DNA of 64,000 bases from an uncultured Acidobacteriota bacterium. GTDB taxonomy: Bacteria > Acidobacteriota > Thermoanaerobaculia > UBA5066 > Gp7-AA6. Numbering within the stretch: the stretch's first letter is position 1; each line of letters opens with the position of its first letter. This document shows, in pieces, positions 47,527-58,588 of this stretch. Made by a program: the position numbers and the translations under genes. A model generated the notes under the pieces. That model did not search any database. It was given only the letters and a program-made list of their open reading frames with translations, and was not told the DNA's origin. The stretch covers positions 193,032 through 257,031 of the forward strand of contig CAVQCH010000003.1 in the NCBI GenBank assembly GCA_963710945.1. The letters run 5' to 3'.

Positions 47527-49233
47527 CTAGAGCGCCCGGACGCGCGCGATCTCCCGGCCTTCCGGATCGAGGGTGTGGATGGCGCAGGCGAGGCAGGGAT
47601 CGAACGAGTGGACGGTGCGCAGCACCTCGAGCGGGTGCTCGGCGTTGGCGACCGGGTTGCCGACGAGCGAGGCCTCGTAGGGGCCGGGCTGGTTCTTGCT
47701 CGTCGCGCGGACCGGCGTTCCAGGTGGACGGCACGACGGCCTGGTAGTTCTTGATCTTTCCGTCCTCGATGACGATCCAGTGCGAGAGCGTCCCGCGCGG
47801 CGCCTCGTGGAAGCCGAAGCCGCGCTGCTCGCCCTTCGGGAACACGGGCTCGTTGAAGATCGCCGTGTCGCCCTTGCCGATGTTCTCGGCGAGCAGGTTC
47901 CAGTGCTTGAGGGCGAGCTCCGAGATCACGCACGTGCGGATCATGCGCGCGGCGTGGCGGCCGAGCGTCGAGTGCAGGACGGCCGGGGAGAGCTTCGTCT
48001 TCGCCACGGCGCCGGCGGTGTCGAGCGTCTTGACCGCCCAGCGCCTGGTCGGCTCGTGGCCGAGGGCGTAGCCGACGAGCACCTGCGCCAGCGGCCCGAC
48101 CTGCATGACCTTGCCCTGGAAGCGCGGCGCCTTGACCCACGAGTACTTCTTCGCGTCGTCGAACTTGGTGTACTTCGGCACCGTGTCTTCCTCGTACGGG
48201 TGCTTCGTCCAGTCGCCGTCGTACCAGGCGTGGGCGATCGACTCGGTGACGTTCTCCTTGAAGTACGGGTCGCCGAAGGACTTGATCTCCCGGACGGTCG
48301 ACGAGGTCGCCGCCGAAGATCGTGCCGCCGGGCAGGTCGAACTTCGTGCCCTTCGCGTCGAGCGGCAGGTCCGGCACGGCCAGGTAGTTGGTGACGCCGG
48401 CGCCGTAGCCGAGCCACTCGGGGTACATGCCCCGCGATCGCGCAGACGTCGGGGAAGTAGACCTGCTGGACGAACGCGCTCATCTCGTCGAGGAGGTCCT
48501 TGACCATGAAGAGCTTGTTCATGTTGAGCGTGGCCTCGTTGTCGAGGTTGATGGCGTTGGCCACGCCGCCCGACGGCGAGGTTCTGGATGTTGGGCGTCT
48601 TGCCGCCCAGGATGGCCACGACCTGGTTGGCCTTGCGCTGGAACTCGAGCGCCTGGAGGTAGTGGGCGACCGCGAGCAGGTTCACCTCGGGCGGCAGCTT
48701 CATCGCCGGGTGGCCCCAGTAGCCGTTGGTGAAGATGCCGAGCTGGCCGGCCTCGACGAACGCTCTTGACCTTGTCCTGCACCGCCTTGAGCTGCTCCTT
48801 GCTGTTGCCGGGCCAGGGCGACAGGCTCTCGGCCGAGCGCCGAGGCCTTCGCCGGATCGGCCTTCAGCGCCGAGACGACGTCGACCCAGTCGAGCGCGGA
48901 CAGCTGGTAGAAGTGGACGATGTGGTCGTGCATGGCGTGCGCCATCACGATGAGGTTGCGGATGTACTGGGCGTTCATCGGGATCTCGAGGCCGAGCGCG
49001 TTCTCGACGGTGCGCACCGAGGCGATGGCGTGCACCGTCGTGCACACGCCGCAGAAGCGCTGCGTGAAGAGCCAGGCGTCGCGCGGGTCGCGGCCGAGCA
49101 GGATCGGTCTCGATCCCGCGCCACATCTGGCCCGAGGACCAGGCCTTCTGGACCTTGCCCTGTCGACCTCGCAGTCGATGCGGAGGTGTCCCTCGATGCG
49201 CGTGACCGGGTCGACGATGATGCGCTGCGACAT
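47527..49233 (-). pseudogene. hybC: [NiFe]-hydrogenase large subunit (group 1, HybC-like), many frame disruptions
   Basis: The N-terminus is MSQRIIVDPVTRIEGHLRIDCEVD and the L2 motif is QRFCGVCTTVH. The C-terminal motif is DPCLACAIH..VRAL*. The first two events resolve as a 1-nt gap near 49160 and an extra g at 49105. Confidence 0.9.
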
Positions 49234-49243
49234 GACGTGACCT

Positions 49244-50439
49244 CTATGCCTGTGCGGCGGTCTGCCGCGGAGGCGCTGAAGATCGGGAAGAGCTTCACGA
49301 TCACGATGTAGCCCACGATCTCGAGGGCCACGAGGCCCAGCGTGATGAGCAGCTCCGGAACGCTCGGGAAGTAGTGGACGTCGTCGCCCGGCCGATAGGC
49401 GACGAGGTACGTGTCGAAGCGGTAGACGGCGCCGGCGAGCATCATGCACATCGCCGCGCGGAAGAGGTTGCCGGGGTCTGCGGCGCTCGCCGCGCCGGGA
49501 GCAGCAGCACGAAGGGCATCGCGAAGAGCGCGATCTCGATCCAGAAAGCGAGCGCGAACCGGTCGGCGGCGAAGACCAGGCCGAGCTGGCCGCGCGACGC
49601 GAGGTCGCCGACCCGCAGGACGAGGAACGCGCCGAGGACCGGGAGCATGGCGCCCGAAAGAGCGGCGAGCATGTCGGTGTCCGGGCTGCGTCGGAAGAAG
49701 GCGGTCGCCAGCGTGGACTCGAAGACCACGGCGGCGTAGCCCATCGCGATGCACGAGATCAGGAAGAGCAGGGGCAGGAAGGGCGTCTGCCAGAGCGGGT
49801 GGAGCTTCGGGCCCGTCAGGATCATGAGCGTGCCCAGCGACGACTGGTGCATCGTCGGCAGCAGCATGCCGAGGGCGATGATCCAGAACAGCAGGGCCTT
49901 GTTGACGATCGGGTAGGCCTTCTGCGAGAACCTCTTCAGCCTGCCCTCGGGCCCCTCGCGGAACCGCTCGAGAAACGCGGGCGAGAGCTCGATCCAGAGC
50001 ACGACGGTGTAGGTCATGATGCAGAGGGCGACCTCGAGCAGCGCGGAGTGGAGATTCCAGGACCAGACGAAGAGCGGGATCTTCCACGCGAGCCACGGCC
50101 GGCCGACGTCCAGGACGATCGAAACGGCCGCGAGCGTGTAGCCGAGCGCGCTCGTCAGGATCGCCGGGCGCACCATCGGGTGATAGCGGCCCTTGTTCAG
50201 GATGTAGACGAGGAGGGCCAGCGCGTAGCCGCCGCACGCGAGCGCGGTGCCGGTGACCACGTCGAAGGCGATCCAGAGGCCCCAGGGATAGCCGTCCGAG
50301 AGCGCGGTCGTCGCCCCGAGCCCGGCGACCAGCCGCCACAGGATCAGGATCGCGCCCGACGGCAGAACAGCGCGAGCGAGGGCCTTCGCACGGGACGCGT
50401 GAGGATCGGGCCGCCCACGGCCTGCGCGCGGTCGTTCAT
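49244..50439 (-). pseudogene. hybB: Hydrogenase membrane anchor, HybB/NrfD-like polytopic subunit, frame disruptions
   Basis: It reads MNDRAQAVGGPILT.. ..LILWRLVAGLGATTALSDGYPWGLWIAFDVVTGTALACGGY... The later TM segments are in two further frames. Length is 1196 nt = 3n+2. Confidence 0.8.
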
Positions 50440-51385
50440 GACGGCGCCCTCCTTCTCGCCTGTCCCTCGTCCGGAGGGCGCTTCTTCCGGTTGCGGAAGA
50501 TCGACCGCCGTCAACAGGCCGTAGAGCGCCACCGGCGCGACGAATCCCTGGTAGATGCCGTGCTGGATCGTCTGCTGGACGTCGGGAACCGGCCGGTCGG
50601 ACGAGGCGCGGCAGCCCGAGGTCCTCGAACGGCACGTGCGACAGGTAGAGGCACTGCGTCCCGCCTCCGTCCGTTTCGCCGTAGATCTTCGGGACGTAGC
50701 GGTCCGGGAACTCGGCCATCCGGCGCTTGGCTTCGGCCAGCAGCTCGTCGCGCGTGCCGTAGATCACCGCGGCGCGCGGGCAGACCTCGGCGCAGGCCGG
50801 GCCGTGGGTCGCGGGATAGCGGCTGAAGCCGTCGGACTCTCGACAGCGCCGCGCCCGGCCACGCGGTGGCGGCAGAGCTCGCACTTGACGATCTTCGGCG
50901 CGGCCGACGTCCACTGGAACTTCGGCACGTTGAAGGGACAGGCCATCTGGCAGTAGCGGCAGCCGATGCAGAGGTTCGGGTTGTAGGAGACGATGCCGTG
51001 CTGCTCCCTTCTTCAGCGCCCCGAGCATGCAGGCGTTGGTGCAGGCCGGGTCGACGCAGTGCATGCACTGCGCCTTGAAGAAGGAGCGCTGGAACCCGTC
51101 CGCGCTCTTGTAGAGCTTGATGACGGTCTTCGTGTCGCCGTTCAGGTCCATCGGCGTGTCCCAGATGCCGCCGGGAGAGTTTCCGGGCTCGGGCTTCGTG
51201 TCGTTGGCCTGCCGGCACGCCACGACGCAGGCCTTGCACCCGATGCAGCGCGTCGTGTCGTAGAGAAGGCCCAGGGCGTCGGGAGGCGGCACGGGCCGAG
51301 CGCGGGCCTCGAGCGTTCCTGCCGGCGGCCGCCGCCGCTCCGGCCGCGGCGACGCTCTTGAGGAGGAAGCGCCGGTCGACCGACA
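50436..51385 (-). pseudogene. hybA: Hydrogenase Fe-S subunit, HybA-like 4x[4Fe-4S] ferredoxin with Tat signal, frame disruptions
   Basis: The Tat signal is MSVDRRFLLKSVAAAGAAA. Cluster motifs are CIGCKACVVAC, CMHCVDPAC, CIGCRYCQMACP (own reading) and KCELC. A C-terminal TM segment is present. Length is 950 nt = 3n+2. Confidence 0.8.
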
Positions 51386-51387
51386 TG

Positions 51388-52532
51388 TCACGCCTCCTTT
51401 CCGGCGTCTCCGGGCTGCTTCGGGAGGCGGTCCACCGAGCTTGCGCGCGGCCGCGAAGCCGGCGCCGAGCAGCGCGCCTCCGACGAGGCCGGCCAGGCCG
51501 GTCGCGACCGGGCTGATCGTGCCCTGCGGCGCGTGGATCGGCGGATACGTGGTCGGGGGCATGGGCCGATCGATGTCGACCGTCGTGAACTGCGCCACGC
51601 GGAAGCCGAGCGTCTGCTCGGTGCAGCCGAAGCAGGGATGACCGATGCCGATCGGCCAGGCGTCCGTCACTTCGCCGAAGTGCTGAACGGAGCAGTTGGC
51701 GTGGGTCGCCGGGCCCTTGCAGCCCATCTTGTAGAGGCAGTAGCCGAGGCGGGCGTTCTCGTCGCCGAACTTCTGGACGAAGCGGCCGGCGTCGAAGTGG
51801 GCGCGCCGCGGGCACTGCTCGTGGATCGTCCGCCCGTACGCGAACTTGGGCCGGTTCTTCTCGTCGAGGTCGGGCAGCGTGCCGAAGGTCGCGTACTGGA
51901 GCACGGTGCCCGAGCAGGTTGTAGGGGTTGGCCGGACAGCCGGGGATCGTCACGACGGTCTTGCCCTTCAGGACCGTCGGCGCTCCCGTCGCGCCGGTCG
52001 GGTTCGGGATCGGCCGACGGAATGCCCCCCCACGAGGCGCAGGAGCCGATGGCGATGATCGCGCCCGGCCTTGTCCGCGACCTCGTGGACGATCTCGAGC
52101 GCGGTGCGTCCGCCGATCTGGCAGTAGATGCCGTCGTCCTTGGTCGGGATCGCGCCTTCGATGACGAGCACGTACTTGCCGGCGTTCTCGCGTCATCGCC
52201 TTCTTCAGCGCGGCTTCCGCCTGGTGGCCGGCGGCCGCGAAGAGCGTCTCGCAGTAGTCGAGCGAGACGAGATCGAGGATGAGCTCCGAGACGGCGGGAT
52301 GCGACGTTCGCAGGAGCGACTCGGTGCAGCCCGTGCACTCCTGGAAGTGGAGCCAGATCACCGAGGGCTTCAGCTTCTTCGCCGCGATCGCGTTGGCGAC
52401 GTGGGCCGCCGCGGCGTACGGCATGCCGACCGCCGCGAGCGCCATGGTGCAGACCCGGATGAAGTCGCGGCGGTCGACCGAGAGCCTGCCCGCCGCCGTC
52501 TCTTCCCTGGAAACGCGGACCGTCGAGGCCAT
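51388..52532 (-). pseudogene. hybO: [NiFe]-hydrogenase small subunit with Tat signal and C-terminal TM anchor, frame disruptions
   Basis: aggagg SD. The Tat signal is ..VDRRDFIRVCTMALAAVG. Conserved pieces are VIWLHFQECTGCTESLL, AIGSCASWGGIP, IPGCPANP and GCKGPATHANC..HPCFGCTE. The TM anchor is VATGLAGLVGGALLGAGFAAA. The pieces lie in at least 4 frame segments. Length is 1145 nt = 3n+2. Confidence 0.88.
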
Positions 52533-52639
52533 GGCGTCCTCCTGTCGGGCCCCCGGGAGGCGGACGCGCTCCAGAAAAGCCCTCGGAGTGGAGGATTGCG
52601 CCTGCGCGGACCGCCGGCATCATGCAAATGAATCAATTT

Positions 52640-52661
52640 GAGGCCGCCCCGGGGCGGCCTC
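52640..52661 (-). terminator. GC-rich perfect palindrome downstream of the DinB gene (putative intrinsic terminator)
   Basis: gaggccgcccc|ggggcggcctc sits 29 nt after the DinB stop on the minus strand. It is followed by the moderately T-rich aaattgattcatttgc. It separates DinB from the hydrogenase operon start. Confidence 0.45.
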
Positions 52662-52689
52662 GCGGAAAGCGGGACGGAACCTCCGGGCT

Positions 52690-53223
52690 CTAGTCCGCCT
52701 TCGACCAGGGCGGCGTAACGCCGTTCATGCGGGCGTAGGCGATCGACTGGCCGAGGTGCTCGTGCATGTGCACGAGGATCCGCACGAGGACCTGCCGCTC
52801 CGTCATCTCCTGGTCGCCGAAGGTCTTGACCTTCTTGTCGAGATCGGCGTTCGGGACGGCCGCCGCGGCCGAGGCGGCGTTGGCGATCGACTTTTCGAGA
52901 AGCGCGACGATTTGCGCCTTGTCCGTGACCGTCTTCTCGCTCTCGCGCGAGACGCCTTCCATCCGCTTCAAACCGAGGAAGCTCGGCAGGGTCGAGTTTC
53001 CCGCGACGACGTGCATGTAGACCTCGCCGACGGAGCGGACTCCCGGCGCCGGCCGCCAGGCGTACTTGTCCGCGGGCATGGCCTGGGCGAGGCTCACGAG
53101 CTTCTTGCCGACGGCCTCGACCTCGGCCCGGTACTCGGCCTGAAACCCCGAGGCCGGCTCCTGCGCCCCCGCGAGCGCGGCTCCCACAACTGCCAGGATG
53201 AGCAGTACGGTGACTCGCTTCAC
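52690..53223 (-). CDS. DinB-family (DinB_2) protein with signal peptide
   Basis: aggagg SD followed by a GTG start. 177 aa, with signal VTVLLILAVVGAALAGA and the His triad context HVVAGN .. HMHEHLGQ. Confidence 0.8.
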   Translation of the reverse strand: MKRVTVLLILAVVGAALAGAQEPASGFQAEYRAEVEAVGKKLVSLAQAMPADKYAWRPAPGVRSVGEVYMHVVAGNSTLPSFLGLKRMEGVSRESEKTVTDKAQIVALLEKSIANAASAAAAVPNADLDKKVKTFGDQEMTERQVLVRILVHMHEHLGQSIAYARMNGVTPPWSKAD

Positions 53224-53243
53224 GATTCCTCCTTCGCCCGCCG

Positions 53244-56200
53244 TCACGAGGCGTGTCGAGGCGCCGGGGCGACGGGCGGAATCTTCGCCTCGGCGACCGC
53301 CTGGTTGAAAGCCTTCACGTCCTTGTCGAGGACTCCCGCGTACTGCGCCCTCGCGGCGTCGAGGCGGGACTTGAGCAGCGCGTAGTACTGGACCGACGAC
53401 GGCGTCGGCTTCGCGTCGGCGCTCGCGACGATGCGCCGCGAGGTACACCCAGTCGTGGTCGAGCCGCGGCTCGTAGTTGAGGTCGTCCTCGTCGGCCACG
53501 ATGAGCGGGATTGGTGAGCTGATCCTCGACGGCCGTGAGCTCGGCCGCGACGGCCGTCGCGCGTTTCGCCGAGCGCGTCGCCCTTGCCGAGCCGCTCGGC
53601 GCGGGCGCCGATCTCGTCGGACCTGGCTGCGCGCGTCCCGGATCTCGAGGATCGTCTCGTGCGTCTCGGACAGCCGGTCGCGGATCGCCTTGAGCAGGTC
53701 GTGCTGCGCCTTGAGGTCCGCCGCCGTCGCGAATCCGGCCGGATGCGGCCGGACCTCGACGGGCTGCGTCCAGGACTTGTCCCCCACGGTCAGCTTCGCC
53801 GTATACGTGCCGGGGGCGACCTTCGGCGGGGCCTTCGTGCCCTCGTTGAAGACCGTCTTCGGCGCGAGCGTCGGCTTCAGGATCCGCATGTCCCAGACGA
53901 AGCGGTTGACGCCGGCCTTCGGCTCGAGCGGCTTGTCCTTGTCCTTCTCGCTCCTCGGCGCGCGCCGCCTGCTCCTTCAGGTCGTCGAGCGGCGCCGGCT
54001 TCTCGTTCGAGAAGGAGCGCAGCAGCGTGTCGCCGTCGAAGAACTCGAGCGTGACCTTCTCGCCCTCCTTCGGCGCGTCCTTCAGCCAGTAGTCCACGAC
54101 CACGCCGGGCGGCGGGTTCGCGCCGATCGCCTGCGGTCCGTCCTCCTCGTCGGGCTTCGACGTAGTCCATGCGCACCGTCGCGCGCGGCGGGAAGAGGTA
54201 GGCCGCCGGAGCCGGCGATCGCGTCGCTCCACTGGCGCAGCGCCGTCAGGTCGTCGAGGATCCAGAAGGCGCGGCCCTGCGTCGCGACGACGAGGTCGTC
54301 GTTCTTGACCGCGAGGTCCGTGATCGGCGTGAACGGCAGGTTGCGCTGGAACGGCTGCCAGCTCGCGCCGTCGTCGAACGAGACGTAGAGGCCGAGTCTC
54401 CGTGCCGGCGTAGAGCAGGCCCTGCCGCACCGGGTCCTCGCGCACGACGCGCGTGAACGCGCCGTCGGGGATGCCGGCGACGATCTTCGTCCAGGTCTTG
54501 CCGTAGTCGGTGGTCTTGTAGAGGTAGGGCCGGAAGTCGTCCCACTTGTACATCGTCGCCGCGACGTAGGCCGTGCCCTTGTCGCGCGGCGAGGCCTCGA
54601 TCGCGTTGATCTGGATCCACTCCGGGATGCCCTTCGGCGTGACGTTCTGCCAGGTCTTGCCGTCGTCCCGCGTGACGTGGACGAGGCCGTCGTCGGAGCC
54701 CGCCCAGATGACGCCCGGCGTCGAGCGGCGACTCGGCGAGCGCGAAGATCGTGCCGTAGAGCTCGACGCCCGTGACGTCGATCGTGATCGGGCCGCCCGA
54801 CTTGCCCTGCTTCGACTTGTCGTTGCGGGTCAGGTCCGGACGAGATCTCCTCCCACGTCTCGCCGCCGTCGCGGCTGCGCAGGAGGATCTGCGACGCGTG
54901 GTACAGCGCCTTCGGGTCGTTGCGGCGAGATCATGATCGGCGCGTTCCACTGGAACCGGTACTTCAGGTCCTTCGTCGCGTGCCCGTCGGCGAGCTGCGG
55001 CCACGCCATGATGTTGCGCGCCTGCCGCGTGCGGTGGTCGTAGCGCGTGATCTGGCCGCCGTACTCGCCGGCGTAGACGACGTTCGGGGTCCTTCGGGTC
55101 GACGGCCATCCAGCCGCTCTCGCCGCCGCCGGCCGCGTGCCAGTCGGTCGCGTCCGATCCCGTCGCCCGGGACGCCGCTCGGGATCGCCGACGTTCGAGT
55201 TGTCCTGCTGCGAGCCGTAGACCCAGTACGGGAACTGGTCGTCGGTGGTGACGCGGTAGAACTGCGCGGTCGGCTGGTTGTCCTGCGTCGACCAGGTCTG
55301 GCCGCCGTTGAACGTGATCGTCGCGCCGCCGTCGTTGCCGAGGATCATCCGGTTCGGGTCGTCCGGGTCGATCCAGAGGTCGTGGTTGTCGCCGTGCGGC
55401 ACCGACATGTTCGCGAAGGTCTTGCCGCCGTCGATCGACTGGTGCATGGCGACGTTCGGCAGGTAGAGCCGTGTCGGCGTTCTTCGGATCGGGGTAGACC
55501 CAGGAGTAGTACCAGGCGCGCTCGCGGATCTTGTGCTCGTCGTTGACGTGCGTGAACTTCTCGCCGCCGTTCTCGCTGCGGAAGAGGCCGCCCTGTCCGG
55601 CGCCTCGACGAACGCGTACACGCGGCCCGGTCGCGACGCGCGACGACCGCGACGCCGACCTTGCCCCAGATCCCCTCCGGCAGCCCGTCGGTCAGCTTCT
55701 TCCACGTGTCGCCGCCGTCGGTCGACTTCCAGAGGCTCGCAGCCCGGACCGCCGGAGACGAGCTCCCACGGGTGGCGCACGACCTGCCAGAACGCGGCGT
55801 AGAGGATGCGCGGATTGTCGGGATCCATCGCGAGGTCCGAGGCGCCGGTCTTGTCGTCGACGTAGAGGATCTTCTTCCAGGTCTTGCCGCCGTCCTCCGA
55901 GCGGAAGACGCCGCGCTCGGCGTTCGGGCCCCCAGACGTGCCCCTGCGCGGCGACGTAGACGAGGTCCGGGTTCTTCGGGTGGACGCGCACGCGCGCGAT
56001 CTGCCGCGTGTCCCGCAGCCCGACGTTCTTCCAGGTGCGCCCGCCGTCGGTGGACTTGTAGACGCCGTCGCCGTGGGACACGTTGCCGCGGATCGGCTCC
56101 TCGCCCGTGCCGACGTAGACCACGTTCGGGTCCGATTCCGAGACGGCGATCGCGCCGATCGAGCCGGTCTTGAAGTCCTTGTCGGACACGTTCTCCCAGT

Positions 56201-56465
56201 TCGAGCCGCCGTCGGTCGTCTTCCAGACGCCGCCGCCGGTGCCGCCGAAGTAGAAGGTCTGCGGCTCGTGGCGCACGCCCGTCACCGCCGTGACGCGACC
56301 GCCGCGGAACGGCCCGATCGTGCGGAACTGCAGGCCGTCGAAGCGGTCGGAAAGGGTCTTTTCCTTCGCCTCCTTCGGCGCCGGCGTCGTCTGGCCGGTC
56401 GCGCCGAATGGCGCCACGGCGAACAAAAGTGCGAGGAATGCCCCGGAGCGGAGGACGCGTCTCAT
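53244..56465 (-). pseudogene. Secreted BNR/Asp-box repeat, sortilin/Vps10-like double beta-propeller protein ('glycosyl hydrolase' in many annotations), many frame disruptions
   Basis: A signal peptide is followed by serial Asp-boxes in all three frames: [71 protein letters not shown]. The C-terminus reads ..[15 protein letters not shown]|[10 protein letters not shown]... Confidence 0.8.
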
Positions 56466-56523
56466 GATTCTCCCTTCGCGAAGCCGAATCGTGTCGATCG
56501 GGTGAGAAAGTATACGTGCAGCG

Positions 56524-57343
56524 ATGGCACGGCCCTTTGTGACCGCCGGTCTTCTCGCCGCGGGCGTCGTCCTGCTGGCGTTCGTCCTGTTTCTGGCGAC
56601 TCTGGTCCTCCGGCAGGATCGCTTCCTCTACTTCCCCGCGCGCGCCCTGGCCGCAACGCCCGGCGCGTTCGGCCTCGACGCGCAGGAGCTGTCGCTCCCG
56701 ACCGACGACGGCGTGCGGCTCCACGGCTGGTGGATCAAGGGGGCGGGGCGCCGGGCCCTGCTCTTCTTTCACGGCAACGCGGGCAACATCGCCGACCGGC
56801 TCGAGAGGGCCCGGATCCTGAACGAGCGTTTCGGGTTGGACGTGTTCCTGGTCGACTACCGGGGGTACGGCCGCTCGCAAGGGTCGCCTTCCGAGGACGG
56901 CCTCTACCGCGACGGCCTGGCCGTCTACCAGGCGGCGGCCGACCGCGGATTCGCGCCGGCGCGCATCGTTCCCTTCGGCGAGTCCCTCGGCGCGGCCGTC
57001 GCGCTGCGTCTCGCGCGGGATCGCCCCTGCGGCGCGCTGGTCCTCGAGACGCCCTTCCTCTCGGTTCCGGCGATGGCGCGCGTGCACTATCCCTTCGTGC
57101 CGGCGTTCCTGATTCGGAGCCGTTTCGACAACGAGGCGCGGATCGCCGCAGTGACCGTTCCGATACTCATCATCGTCGCCGAGCGCGACGAGATCGCGCC
57201 GCCCGCCCACGGGCGGAGGCTCTTCGAGCTCGCCCGCTCCCCGAAGACGCTGTACGTCGTCGCCGGCGCCGGCCACAACGACACGTACGCGACCGGGGGC
57301 GTCGCCTACTGGCGGGCCTGGGAGGAGTTTCCTCACTCGTTGA
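56524..57343 (+). CDS. Alpha/beta hydrolase (membrane-anchored); probable 1-nt insertion near the 3' end
   Basis: An N-terminal TM segment is followed by HGNAG, the nucleophile elbow GESLG and a C-terminal GHND. Track ORF 56524-57660 runs antisense into the DmpA gene. Skipping one c near 57330 gives ..WEEFLTR* with TGA at 57341-57343 (820 nt = 3n+1). Confidence 0.75.
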
Positions 57344-58503
57344 GGCGGTTGTATTTCTTGAGGATCCGTTTCAGCTCGTCGTGCGGGAGCGCCTCGACCT
57401 TGTATCCGTTGATCCCCGTCATCGTCTCGGCCGCCACCATCGCGTTGACGATCGCCTCCTCCGTGGCCTCGACCGTCGCGGCGAAGAGCCGATCCATCCG
57501 GTCGTTCGGCAGCATCGTGACCGATACGGTGCCCGTCGTTTTCGCGGCTCCAGGGTTCGCGGTCGAGAAGGCGATGAAGATATCGCCCGATCCGTTTCCC
57601 GAGCGCGAGCCGGTGCGGGCGAGGCCCAGCGAGGCGCGGCGCGCGAGGCGCTTCAATTGATGCGCCGACCAGCGGCGCGTCGGTCGCCACGACGATGATG
57701 ATCGAGCCCGAGTCTTCCTCGCGCGCTCCCTTGCCTGCTCCCTTGCCCGCGATCTCGGCGCCGACCGGAAGCCCCGCGATGAGCAGATCGCGCTTGCGGC
57801 CGCAGTTGCACTGGACCAGGACGCCGACCGTGTAGCCACCGGCTGCCTCCGCGAGCCTGCGCGAGGACGTCCCGATGCCGCCCTTGAATCCGTAGCAGAT
57901 CATGCCCGTGCCGCCGCCGACGTTGCCTTCGGCCACCGGCCCGCCGCGCGCGGAATCCAGCGCCTCGAAGACGTTGGCCTGCTTGACGTGGAAACCGTTG
58001 ATGTCGTTGAGCTCGCCGTCCCACGTCTCCCCGACCGTCGGGTTCGACCACCAGTAACCGGTCGCGTCGGGGCCGCCCCGCCTCACGCGCCAGGCGATCG
58101 TGCCTTCGTGTACCGCGCCGACGCTGTGCGTGTTCGTCAGCATGACCGGCCCCTCGAGGAAGCCCGACTCCTCGATCCAGTGCGCCCCGGTCAGCTCCCC
58201 CGCGCCGTTCAGGTCGAAAACGCCCGCGAAGACGGGATCCGAATCGCTGTCCTTGCCGCGCGGCACGACGGCCGTCACGCCCGTCCGCACGGGTCCCTCG
58301 CCGACCTTCAGCGCGCCGCTGCCGCGAATGATCGTACTCTGCCCGACCGCGACGCCGGCGACATCGGTGATGGCGTTGTTCGGGCCGGGCGTTCCCTCGA
58401 ACGGGACCCCGAGATCGCGGGCCCGCGGCTTGTCCGCGCCGGCCCCGGCCGCGGCCGCCAGAAACGAGATCCCCGCAGCGACCAGGAGATGACGCCTTCT
58501 CAT
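57333..58503 (-). CDS. DmpA/ornithine acetyltransferase-fold aminopeptidase (peptidase S58) with signal peptide; one 1-nt insertion
   Basis: The N-terminus is MRRRHLLVAAGISFLAAAAG. Family pieces are NAITDVAGVAVG and GGTGMICYGFKGGIGTSS. The sequence ..IVVATDAPL|SAHQLKRLARRASLGLARTGS..GSGDIFIAFST requires skipping a base near 57669. Length is 1171 nt = 3n+1. Confidence 0.8.
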
Positions 58504-58588
58504 GTTCCGTGCCCCCTTCATCCGCGCATTATCCGCGATGATCCCCGCGCTTCTTTCCGGCCCCGCACCGGTGTGGTAGACAGGACGC

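Noticed and set aside
52533-52640. Sigma-54 or sigma-70 promoter for the hydrogenase operon in the only AT-richer stretch (caaattgattcatttgcatgatg)
   Set aside because: TTGATT and TTGCAT hexamers are present, but I found no convincing -10 at proper spacing and no GG-N10-GC sigma-54 core. I leave it unannotated.
40641-56465. Programmed ribosomal frameshifting or recoding as the explanation for the many frame changes
   Set aside because: The events are irregularly spaced. They occur in unrelated genes and at non-slippery sequences (for example gac-t-gcc and aac-t-gcc), and they number many per gene. No known recoding system behaves like this.
57344-57660. 3' extension of the alpha/beta-hydrolase ORF (56524-57660)
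   Set aside because: It is antisense to the well-conserved C-terminus of the DmpA peptidase. A stop appears at 57341-57343 once a single inserted base is removed.
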